Assembly (NCBI GenBank): GCA_964527215.1
Contig: CAZGNZ010000017.1
Coordinates: 1,610 to 65,609 of the forward strand
From: an uncultured bacterium
GTDB taxonomy: Bacteria; Fidelibacterota; Marinisomatia; SCGC-AAA003-L08; JACNLC01
Length of the DNA stretch: 64,000 bases
Reading direction: 5' to 3'
Shown here: one piece after another, positions 9,637 to 17,871 of the stretch
Layout of the letters: each line of letters opens with the position of its first letter
How positions within the stretch are numbered: the first letter of the stretch is position 1
The notes under the pieces: model-generated
Database searches by the model: none
The model's input: the letters and a program-made list of their open reading frames with translations, nothing else
Told to the model about the DNA's origin: nothing
Program-made: the position numbers and the translations under genes

Positions 9637-9774
9637 TGACAATTTTGTATGTTTTGTCTCCGAGGTGCTGTCACTGGTCAAAAACGTCGTCCCTTCAGGA
9701 CTTGAATCCTTCCCTCTTTCTCTCCGGTGGCTGAAGCCACCGGCTGGACAACCATTCCCCTTCGGGGAATAAAG
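9637..9774. repeat. Array unit X1 (5'-truncated, 3 substitutions relative to X2-X4)
   Basis: Aligns to offsets 19-156 of unit X. The differences are T/C, T/C and C/T in ...GTCTCCGAGG...CACTGGTCAAAAA. Confidence 0.9.
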
Positions 9775-10042
9775 AGAATTCGATGGTTTTCCGGCAGAGC
9801 AAACCACATCTTCAATGGGATTTCCGAAGTAATACTCATCAACGGACTCAGTGACGCAGAAGCATAGGTTAAATTCATTCTGCGCAGGGATTCATCTGTC
9901 TGCCTGGCTCGTAAAAATGATCCCGGCAGGGATCAGGGTATGCAGCCGGTGGCTTCAGCCACCGGTACGGGAAGTACAATATCGCAGTCCTGAAAGGACG
10001 ACGTTAAATTGACGGACAACCATTCCCCTTCGGGGAATAAAG
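9775..10042. repeat. Array unit Y1 (268 nt)
   Basis: Starts AGAATTCGATGGTTTTCCGGCAGAGC and ends GACAACCATTCCCCTTCGGGGAATAAAG. Identical to Y2. Confidence 0.9.
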
Positions 10043-10198
10043 AAAGTACGATGGTTTTAGTGACAATTTTGTATGTTTTGTCCCCGAGGTGCTGTCACCG
10101 GTTAAAAACGTCGTCCCTTCAGGACTTGAATCCTTCCCTCTTTCTCTCCGGTGGCTGAAGCCACCGGCTGGACAACCATTCCCCTTCGGGGAATAAAG
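10043..10198. repeat. Array unit X2 (156 nt)
   Basis: Starts AAAGTACGATGGTTTTAGTGACAATTTTG and ends ...GACAACCATTCCCCTTCGGGGAATAAAG. Identical to X3 and X4. Confidence 0.9.
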
Positions 10199-10354
10199 AA
10201 AGTACGATGGTTTTAGTGACAATTTTGTATGTTTTGTCCCCGAGGTGCTGTCACCGGTTAAAAACGTCGTCCCTTCAGGACTTGAATCCTTCCCTCTTTC
10301 TCTCCGGTGGCTGAAGCCACCGGCTGGACAACCATTCCCCTTCGGGGAATAAAG
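10199..10354. repeat. Array unit X3 (156 nt)
   Basis: Identical to X2, producing an X-X doublet. Confidence 0.9.
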
Positions 10355-10622
10355 AGAATTCGATGGTTTTCCGGCAGAGCAAACCACATCTTCAATGGGA
10401 TTTCCGAAGTAATACTCATCAACGGACTCAGTGACGCAGAAGCATAGGTTAAATTCATTCTGCGCAGGGATTCATCTGTCTGCCTGGCTCGTAAAAATGA
10501 TCCCGGCAGGGATCAGGGTATGCAGCCGGTGGCTTCAGCCACCGGTACGGGAAGTACAATATCGCAGTCCTGAAAGGACGACGTTAAATTGACGGACAAC
10601 CATTCCCCTTCGGGGAATAAAG
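10355..10622. repeat. Array unit Y2 (268 nt)
   Basis: Identical to Y1. Confidence 0.9.
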
Positions 10623-10778
10623 AAAGTACGATGGTTTTAGTGACAATTTTGTATGTTTTGTCCCCGAGGTGCTGTCACCGGTTAAAAACGTCGTCCCTTC
10701 AGGACTTGAATCCTTCCCTCTTTCTCTCCGGTGGCTGAAGCCACCGGCTGGACAACCATTCCCCTTCGGGGAATAAAG
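10623..10778. repeat. Array unit X4 (156 nt)
   Basis: Identical to X2 and X3. Confidence 0.9.
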
Positions 10779-11047
10779 AGAATTCGATGGTTTTCCGGCA
10801 GAGCAAACCACATCTTCAATGGGATTTCCGAAGTAATACTCATCAACGGACTCAGTGACGCAGAAGCATAGGTTAAATTCATTCTGCGCAGGGATTCATC
10901 TGTCTGCCTGGCTCGTAAAAATGATCCCGGCAGGGATCAGGGTATGCAGCCGGTGGCTTCAGCCACCGGTACGGGAAGTACAATATCGCAGTCCTGAAAG
11001 GACGACGTTAAATTGACGGACAACCATTCCCCTTCAGGGAAATAAAG
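10779..11047. repeat. Array unit Y3 (269 nt, last hairpin degenerate)
   Basis: Identical to Y1 and Y2 except at the end, where CCCCTTCAGGGAAATAAAG replaces CCCCTTCGGGGAATAAAG. Confidence 0.9.
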
Positions 11048-11299
11048 AGAAACGGCTCTGTGCGGCAAAAAGAACCCTGTGTTCCGGCGGACTTTTCCGC
11101 TCAGATTTTCCCAAAAAGGGAATTCGTCGGCAGGTGTGAATTTCAACCGGATCGTAATTCCTTTATTTCCAATGCGATTATTGTTCTCCGGATTTTCAGG
11201 AATCCGTTTTGAGGGACGGTGCACTTTTTGGCATTGTTGTTGCGAAAAGAATGACAAATTTCATTTCTATTAAAATTCCTTTGTCGGAGATACTCAAAT

Positions 11300-11611
11300 A
11301 TGGATCAGAAACAAATCAGTTCGGGACAAAGCCTGAATAATATGATTGAACAGGAACGAATCACTGCAATCCACGAAATTATCACAACCGTTAACCATGA
11401 AATCAATAACCCGCTTACAGCCATTATCGGCAATACTGAATTGCTTGATCTGGAGCTGAAATCCGGTAATCATCAAAAATTGGCCTCCGCATTGGATTCC
11501 ATCGCCTCTGCGGCCCAACAAATAAAACAAGTCACTCAACAATTAGCCAACATTACCTCATCAAAGACTGAGATCTACGCCGGTCGAAGTCGCATGACCA
11601 GTTTGTCCTGA
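11300..11611 (+). CDS. Orphan HisKA/DHp-only protein (103 aa, no ATPase domain)
   Basis: It has an H-box-like VNHEINNPLTAIIGNTELLDLEL followed by a second helix (ALDSIASAAQQIKQVTQQLANI). An intrinsic terminator follows directly. Confidence 0.65.
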   Translation: MDQKQISSGQSLNNMIEQERITAIHEIITTVNHEINNPLTAIIGNTELLDLELKSGNHQKLASALDSIASAAQQIKQVTQQLANITSSKTEIYAGRSRMTSLS

Positions 11612-11647
11612 CCACCATCAACAGGACAGATGCTGACTCGTTTTAGG

Positions 11648-11675
11648 GGCTGCCGGTACCGGCAGCCTTTTTTTT
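11648..11675 (+). terminator. Rho-independent terminator of the DHp-only gene
   Basis: The stem is GGCTGCCGG-TA-CCGGCAGCC, followed by TTTTTTTT. Confidence 0.85.
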
Positions 11676-11751
11676 GCCAACAGAATGTTCGGAGTAAAAC
11701 AGCGTTTGCTGAAAATCGGTGTATATTCTGCGGATGATTACCAATCGCTGA

Positions 11752-14259
11752 TTACCCGGTCTCTGCTGAGGGTATTTTCACCCTCAATGTCGTGCCTTTG
11801 TCAAGTTCACTCTCCACCTCAATCACACCGTTGAACTCCTTGACAATTCCATGAACAATTGAGAGTCCCAGCCCGGTACCTTCACCCACTTCCTTGGTTG
11901 TGAAAAAAGGTTCAAGGCAGCGCTGTTTTGCAGACTCAGACATACCAATCCCATTGTCTGTAACCTCAAACACGGCAAATGGTGATCCTTCATGATGAAA
12001 AAGATGCAGGCCAATTTCAGGGCTGTACGCAGTGATTTTTCCCTGTTTTCTTTTGGATTCCACTGCAAACCTGGCATTGGACATGAAATTCACAACGATC
12101 TGCTGGAATTCCTGGGGATTGACAAGAACCAGCGGAAGGTGATCCTGAATTTCAATGTTTAATTTGATATTATGGACTTTAAACTGCTGCTGGAAAAAGA
12201 CAAGACTTTCGCGTACAGGCTGTATCAGATTGATCCGGTCCGTGGGACTGGAGGATTTCCGGGAAAAATTACGCATATGGGTAATAATGTCTGACGCTCT
12301 TCGGACCTGATTTAATATCAGATCCATATCGTTCATGGTTGTTTCCGGGATATTCTTCATGTTTCGAAACTGAAGCTTGAGAAGTTCTACCTGAGCCTGA
12401 ATGATGGCCAGGGGCTGATTCAGTTCATGAGCCACGCCGGTCGCCATCTCACCCAGTGAAGCCAGTCGGCTCGAATGCACCAGCTGAGCCTGTTTTTCCT
12501 GCAGTTCCAATGACCGTTCCTTTACCATTTCCTCCAAATGATCACGGTATTTTTCCAGTTCGGATTCATTCCTTTTCTGCCGTGTGATATCATTCCCGAT
12601 GACGACTGCGCCCTCGATCTCATTCCGGTCATTCATCAGAGGAACGGCAGAATTTAAAATAATCTTTGATTCCCCGTCCTGACTGTGAATCTGGACCGGT
12701 TCATTTAAGGTGGTGATCCCTGACTCACAGGCTTTGGCGGATGCCCATTCATGAGGCTCAATTTTCTTACCGCTGTCAAGAAACCAGCCGTCATATTCAA
12801 AGTCATCAAGGCTGTTGTTCAGTTCCGGAACTGCCCATATCCTCCGGCTTGCCAGATTGTCGCTGACCACATTCCCTTTTTTATCGGTGATCCAGACACC
12901 CACAGGCAGAATTTTCAAAACCTTCCGAATTCGCTCTTCATTTTCCCTCAGTGCCCGGCTGGCTTCCTGACGCTCCAGAAATACAGACAGCAGCTCACTG
13001 ATTACAATCAGTACCCTCTGTTCGTGTTCGTACCACTTTCGGGAGCTCAGATGATCCTCCACCACCAGATAGCTGTGCGGTTTTTCACGAAAAAGGACTG
13101 GTACTGCCATAAGCGCACGAAGTTCGGTTTTCCGGAACCACTCCACCATGACAGTATCCGAAGCAGGTACATTTTTTGAGCTTCTGATAATAACGGCCTC
13201 GCTCTGCCTGAATCGATCCATTATCCGGTGTCCCAGTTCATTCTGACGGCTCGGGAAAAAAATAGAATCCACCATAGGCTGATCCGGATTCATCCAGGTT
13301 GAACCGCCGGGAAAATCAGTCACATTATCATCCAAAGATACGATGGTCACCCTGCTGGCTTTCATTGTGGTTCCCATCAGTTTCATCAGTTGAGGGAAAT
13401 CCGGAGTATCGCCGGAAGCAAACAGACGGGATGCCCTGGCAATGGCTTCCTCCAGCATCAGATGATGAGTGATAATTTTTTCTGATTTTTTCCGTCTGGA
13501 AATATCTGTGGTCAGCACGACAATTTTGGATACTTCGCCGTCTCTGCCGTACAAAGCATAAAAATACTGTGATATCCAGGTGGCTTTACCCGGCCGGTTT
13601 TTATGCAGCCTCATTTCAGGGATATGATACTCACCCCCATTCTCGTAAACTTCCCGAACACCGGCAGCATGCTCACCCAGGTAAGAATCCCGTTGATCCA
13701 GACGGAACTGTTCGCGGGGTTCAAAATACTGAGCCAGATCCTCATCCGGAATGGCCCATATCTCTCGCCAGGCTCGATTGACGATCAGCAGCTGTCCATT
13801 TTTCTCCCGGATGGAAATACCGATGGGTGAGTTTTCGATCACAACGCGGATTAAGCCCTCGTACCCGTCTTTAATGCTGCCGGATATCTGCTGATCCATT
13901 TCCAGCGTCCGGTTGACCCGTGTCAGCTCCTGCCTGAGTTCAGCCTTTTCCAACGCAATCCTGAGAACCTGGACCGCCGGTTCAAGATATTTTTCCAGTA
14001 ATCCCTGATCTTTCTGGGCCATGCTGTCCATTGTCAGAAAACCGTATTTTCTGAAAAGGGTCTGAATTGGCATCCATCCGCTCGTGTCAGCATCAGAAAA
14101 AAGTTCCGAAGCCTGACGAAATTTCATATCGACGCCGTAACGATCCAGCAGATTGATAAAATTCTGGATGATCTGCCCCGGTTCCTCATCTTTGGATAAC
14201 TGGTAAATATGATCAATCAGATCAGGTATCTCTTTTAAAATGGTTTTATTAAAAGGCAT
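11752..14259 (-). CDS. Sensor histidine kinase HK1 (PAS-GAF-PAS-HisKA-HATPase)
   Basis: H-box LGEMATGVAHELNQPL, N-box NFMSNARFAV, G1 DNGIGM, G2 GTGLGLSIV, with upstream PAS- and GAF-like segments. Confidence 0.9.
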   Translation of the reverse strand: MPFNKTILKEIPDLIDHIYQLSKDEEPGQIIQNFINLLDRYGVDMKFRQASELFSDADTSGWMPIQTLFRKYGFLTMDSMAQKDQGLLEKYLEPAVQVLRIALEKAELRQELTRVNRTLEMDQQISGSIKDGYEGLIRVVIENSPIGISIREKNGQLLIVNRAWREIWAIPDEDLAQYFEPREQFRLDQRDSYLGEHAAGVREVYENGGEYHIPEMRLHKNRPGKATWISQYFYALYGRDGEVSKIVVLTTDISRRKKSEKIITHHLMLEEAIARASRLFASGDTPDFPQLMKLMGTTMKASRVTIVSLDDNVTDFPGGSTWMNPDQPMVDSIFFPSRQNELGHRIMDRFRQSEAVIIRSSKNVPASDTVMVEWFRKTELRALMAVPVLFREKPHSYLVVEDHLSSRKWYEHEQRVLIVISELLSVFLERQEASRALRENEERIRKVLKILPVGVWITDKKGNVVSDNLASRRIWAVPELNNSLDDFEYDGWFLDSGKKIEPHEWASAKACESGITTLNEPVQIHSQDGESKIILNSAVPLMNDRNEIEGAVVIGNDITRQKRNESELEKYRDHLEEMVKERSLELQEKQAQLVHSSRLASLGEMATGVAHELNQPLAIIQAQVELLKLQFRNMKNIPETTMNDMDLILNQVRRASDIITHMRNFSRKSSSPTDRINLIQPVRESLVFFQQQFKVHNIKLNIEIQDHLPLVLVNPQEFQQIVVNFMSNARFAVESKRKQGKITAYSPEIGLHLFHHEGSPFAVFEVTDNGIGMSESAKQRCLEPFFTTKEVGEGTGLGLSIVHGIVKEFNGVIEVESELDKGTTLRVKIPSAETG

Positions 14260-14379
14260 TGAATCCTCTCTCCAATTTGATCATATCCAACCGTTTCAAT
14301 CGATTGATCCGGATTTCGTTGGGTATTCTGCCAAGGTCCGGCCTGATGCCGCCAATGGGTATTTTCGGAATCATTGGTT

Positions 14380-17300
14380 TCAGTTGGTTTCCGGTGCGAT
14401 TCCCGCTGGGATGGCAATTCTAAACTCCGTCCCATTACCCGGAGCGGAATCCACCATCAGCTGTCCCTGGAATTCGCGAATGATATTGTGCACAATGGAA
14501 AGTCCCAGTCCGGTTCCTTCACCAACTTCCTTTGTCGTGAAAAACGGTTCAATGCAGTGTTCCTTCTCGTCCGGAGACATTCCGATTCCATTGTCGGCAA
14601 CCTCAATGACCACGGAGTCTTCAGATTCAGAGAAAAAGCTGCGGATCGTCACAATCCGCTGATACCCCGGTCCTGCATTTTCCGCCATTTTATCTACGGC
14701 ATACCGGGCATTGGACATGAAATTGACAATCACCTGTTCCAGTTTCTGCGGATTAATTCGAACCTTGGGCAAATTGGCTTCCTGCTCAACCTTCAGGTCA
14801 ATATCATTGACCCGGAACTGCTCACGGAAAAATACCAGGCTGCCGTTTACGGGATCGGCAATATCCACAAGCTCTGGATAGGACATTGTTTTTCGCGCAA
14901 ACCCCCGCATATGATCGATTATCCGGGTGGCTCTTTCGACTTCGTTGATGATGTTGTCAAGATCCCGATCCATCTCATTGCCCTGGTCTTGTTTGCAGTA
15001 TATCATTTTAAGAAGCTCCGCCTGAGCCCGAATGATGGAAAGAGGCTGGTTTAGCTCATGAGCCACCCCTGTGGCCATTTCACCCAGGGAAGCCAATCTT
15101 CCGGAATGAGCAAGCTGAGCCTGTTTTTCCTGCAGTTCCTTTGTACGCTGCTCTACCAGATCCTGAAGATGTTCCTGATAATTGGACAGCTCCTTTTCTT
15201 TCTGCTTTCGATCCGTGATATCCCGGTAAATACCGTAAACAGCCAGCTGACTGTTATCCAGAATAATTGGAGCTCCCGTCACGGAAACATCTATCGGCTG
15301 ATTATTTTTATTTTTCCGAACTGTCTCAAATTCCACCAGCTTTCCGTCCAAAACAACCTGTGTGGTTTCCAGGCTTTCCGCTTCCCTGCCTTCGGGAATG
15401 ATCAGATCATTGATGCATCTGCCGTGGAGCTCTGCCCGGCTGTACCCAAAAAGCTCAATGAAACGGATATTGGCCATAATGATGGAGTTGTTCATATCCA
15501 GCAGAACAATAGCATCCGGTGATGAGGCAAACAGTTTTTCAAAATAGGTTTTTTGCACTCGAAGCTGATTTTCAGCCTGCCATCTATCCGTAATATCTTC
15601 ACCGGAACTGAGGGTGCCCGTAATCTGTCCGCTTTCATCTCTGATGATACTGTCTCTCCACGCGATGATGCGCTCGAATCCCTCCCGTGTTGTAATGGGA
15701 TTGGTGTATTGCGGGCGCGGTTCACGCTTTCCGGTTACTATTTCCTGAAAATCCCTGTGAACTTTATCGCGGATTGAGTCCTCTATGAAGCAGTTAAACC
15801 AGTTTTTTCCAACAATTTCATTTCGCGGAAGCTCCAGGATTTCCTGGCCTTTGCGATTGATCTGAAGCACTGCACCGGTACAGTCCAAAATAAGGATGAT
15901 AACCCCGGCGATATCCAAATAAGTCTGAACTTTTTCTTTTTCTTTTCGAAGCTCGTTTTCCGTTTGACGCTGTTTTGTGACATCCATGACCAGTTCCACT
16001 GTTCCGATCACTTCACCCGTCCTGCCAATTACCGGCTGAATTCGAACACTGTACAGTTTGCTGTCACTCTCACAAATCGATTCTATTTCAACGGGCGTTC
16101 GAGTTTCCATTACCTGTTGAAAATCGCAGTCGCCGCTTATCGCATTCTTGTTTATGATTTCATCATAGCAGGGTCGGGTCGGCATTTCGTCAAAAGCCTG
16201 CTTCTGTTCAGAAGATGGATGATTGGTCCAGACGACATTCAGTTTCCGGTCCCGGAATACAATGTATTTGTAGATGCTTGCCAGTATCGCTGCTTTTTCG
16301 TATTCGCTGCGCAGCAAGGCATTATGGGTTTCAGACTGCTCTGTTATATCCTGAATGACCGTAACAATATGGCATACCCGGCCATCTTCAAACAACGGGA
16401 TTTTCCTGATCTCAGTAATCAATGTTTCCCCGTTAAAATTTAACCGGTCGGTTTTGATGATTTTCTCCCCGGTTCTGAATATGCTCTGATACTCGGACCG
16501 GCTTTTCTCGTCAATCATCGGATACGTTTCGAACAGATTCTCCCCGATGGGATTGAGATTCAGCTCCAGTTTCTTATGCAGTTTCAGCTGTGTCTGGTTT
16601 ATATCCACAATTCTGAATTCCGGATCAATCAGGAAAATACCATCAGTCATAGAGTCCACCATCTTATGGTATTTTTCCTTTTCCCAGCGCAGGTCTTTTG
16701 AAGCATTAACTTTCTCGGAAATATCACGGCATATGGATAAAACGGCGGGTGTATTCCGGTAGGTAAATGGAACGGCAGAGGTTTCAACATCCAGAACCTG
16801 TCCCTGAATGTTGATAAACTTCTGCGCTATCGAGGGCATTACTATTCCTTCGTTCAGAGTTCGGCGGATACGGTCCATGACCTGTTCATAACTGTTTTGT
16901 TGGATAAAATCTGTAATGGGCCGGCCGTATAGGTCCTCGGGATTGTCAGCGCCGGTCAGTTTCAGAGCTGCCGGATTGCAGTAAACAAGTTTGCCGTCTA
17001 TATGAATACCCACCGCATCCGGCAGTGCTTCAACCAGACAACGGTATTTTTTTTCATTTTCCTCCAGTATTTCCTGATATTCGATTCTATCTGTCACATC
17101 CCGAATAATACCGATCACACCGAATTTATAATTCTGCATTGAAGTGCGAATTTCCAGGTGCCGGTTATTGTATTCCAGGGCAAACCAGGGAACGGCGGTG
17201 CCTGTGAGCCCCTGTCGAACCATTTTGAGTATACCGGGAATTTGGGCTTTGGACAGATGTCTGCGAACGAGAGAAAATACAGATTGATCGATGACGTCTT

Positions 17301-17871
17301 CCGCTGAAAGCCCGGTCATTTCACTGAAAGCCCTGTTCACCTCCAAAACCTTTCCGGCAAGTGAAACCAAAACGATACCGTCTCCGGCATTCTGGAAAAA
17401 ACCGACATATTTTCGGTAAAGGGCTTCAAAATCCGGATCAGGCTGGTTACTTCTGTTCCGCTGGCTTTCGTGTTCATTCTGCATGACAGACAGCCGCATC
17501 AGGGTCCTGATACCAGACCGCACTGCGCTGCGCGGGACTGGAACCGGGTAGATCAATTCTGGCTCTGCACCCGCCACTGCTTCTGTAAGTTCAGAATCCG
17601 CATCCCGGGGCATGAACACCGTTACAGGGATCAGTTCTGAAACTGGATTTTCAGAAAGCGTCTGCAGGTCCCTGACGACGTCCTCTGTTCCTGCATGAAT
17701 GCGGACATCATAAAAGAGCAGGTTTGTTTTTTCTTTACCGGTCGAATTCAGGAATTGGTTCAGTGAAGTGACCCATTCTGTTTCAGAGGACGAATCTGAC
17801 ACTTCCTGAACAATATCCGACAGCAGTTCCATCAGTTCAGAATCACCTGAAATCACTGCTGTGCGGCTCAT
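14380..17871 (-). CDS. Sensor histidine kinase HK2 (N-terminal receiver-like domain, about six PAS-like modules, HisKA-HATPase)
   Basis: H-box LGEMATGVAHELNQPL, NFMSNARYAV, DNGIGM, GTGLGLSIV, with repeated PAS S-box-like segments. Its start overlaps the HK3 stop by 4 nt. Confidence 0.9.
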   Translation of the reverse strand: MSRTAVISGDSELMELLSDIVQEVSDSSSETEWVTSLNQFLNSTGKEKTNLLFYDVRIHAGTEDVVRDLQTLSENPVSELIPVTVFMPRDADSELTEAVAGAEPELIYPVPVPRSAVRSGIRTLMRLSVMQNEHESQRNRSNQPDPDFEALYRKYVGFFQNAGDGIVLVSLAGKVLEVNRAFSEMTGLSAEDVIDQSVFSLVRRHLSKAQIPGILKMVRQGLTGTAVPWFALEYNNRHLEIRTSMQNYKFGVIGIIRDVTDRIEYQEILEENEKKYRCLVEALPDAVGIHIDGKLVYCNPAALKLTGADNPEDLYGRPITDFIQQNSYEQVMDRIRRTLNEGIVMPSIAQKFINIQGQVLDVETSAVPFTYRNTPAVLSICRDISEKVNASKDLRWEKEKYHKMVDSMTDGIFLIDPEFRIVDINQTQLKLHKKLELNLNPIGENLFETYPMIDEKSRSEYQSIFRTGEKIIKTDRLNFNGETLITEIRKIPLFEDGRVCHIVTVIQDITEQSETHNALLRSEYEKAAILASIYKYIVFRDRKLNVVWTNHPSSEQKQAFDEMPTRPCYDEIINKNAISGDCDFQQVMETRTPVEIESICESDSKLYSVRIQPVIGRTGEVIGTVELVMDVTKQRQTENELRKEKEKVQTYLDIAGVIILILDCTGAVLQINRKGQEILELPRNEIVGKNWFNCFIEDSIRDKVHRDFQEIVTGKREPRPQYTNPITTREGFERIIAWRDSIIRDESGQITGTLSSGEDITDRWQAENQLRVQKTYFEKLFASSPDAIVLLDMNNSIIMANIRFIELFGYSRAELHGRCINDLIIPEGREAESLETTQVVLDGKLVEFETVRKNKNNQPIDVSVTGAPIILDNSQLAVYGIYRDITDRKQKEKELSNYQEHLQDLVEQRTKELQEKQAQLAHSGRLASLGEMATGVAHELNQPLSIIRAQAELLKMIYCKQDQGNEMDRDLDNIINEVERATRIIDHMRGFARKTMSYPELVDIADPVNGSLVFFREQFRVNDIDLKVEQEANLPKVRINPQKLEQVIVNFMSNARYAVDKMAENAGPGYQRIVTIRSFFSESEDSVVIEVADNGIGMSPDEKEHCIEPFFTTKEVGEGTGLGLSIVHNIIREFQGQLMVDSAPGNGTEFRIAIPAGIAPETN

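Larger units (their letters stand above)
9598..11047. repeat. Mosaic tandem array of structured units: X1(partial)-Y1-X2-X3-Y2-X4-Y3
   Basis: The array shows direct repeats with periods of 424 nt (X+Y) and 580 nt (X+X+Y). Copies are identical or nearly so, and each is full of GC-rich hairpins. There is no plus-strand ORF. Confidence 0.95.

Noticed and set aside
9751-9774. Using the CCCC-TTC-GGGG hairpin as a UUCG-tetraloop indicator of the transcribed strand.
   Set aside because: In register, the helix closes a 3-nt (or 5-nt) loop rather than a C(UUCG)G tetraloop. The other hairpins occur in both orientations, so no strand can be inferred.
9821-9851. Hammerhead-like words on the minus strand of each Y unit (cuGAGuccguuGAUGAGuauuacuucgGAAAuc).
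   Set aside because: The segments flanking GAUGAG and GAAA do not form the required stems II and III, and there is no proper CUGAUGA core. I judge this a chance resemblance.
9795-9870. c-di-GMP-I (GEMM-I) riboswitch-like words in Y units (GAGCAAACC ... GACGCAGAAGC).
   Set aside because: The spacing (about 48 nt) is far from the known aptamer. No GNRA-capped P2 helix or tetraloop-receptor P3 helix can be drawn, and the second word carries an insertion relative to GACGCAAAGCC.
9577-10882. Minus-strand ORFs inside the array: three identical 66-aa ORFs (9678..9878, 10258..10458, 10682..10882) and the 75-127-aa ORFs starting MVCSAGKPSN.
   Set aside because: They exist only because the nucleotide units repeat. 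They run straight through the GC hairpins, are low-complexity (Pro/Gly/Ser/Arg-rich), and have no recognisable domain or consistent start context. I treat them as non-coding.
9598-11047. CRISPR array interpretation of the tandem repeats.
   Set aside because: The units are 156 and 268 nt, and the sequences between the repeated hairpins are themselves identical between copies, so there are no unique spacers. There is no short fixed-length direct repeat, and no cas genes lie in the window.
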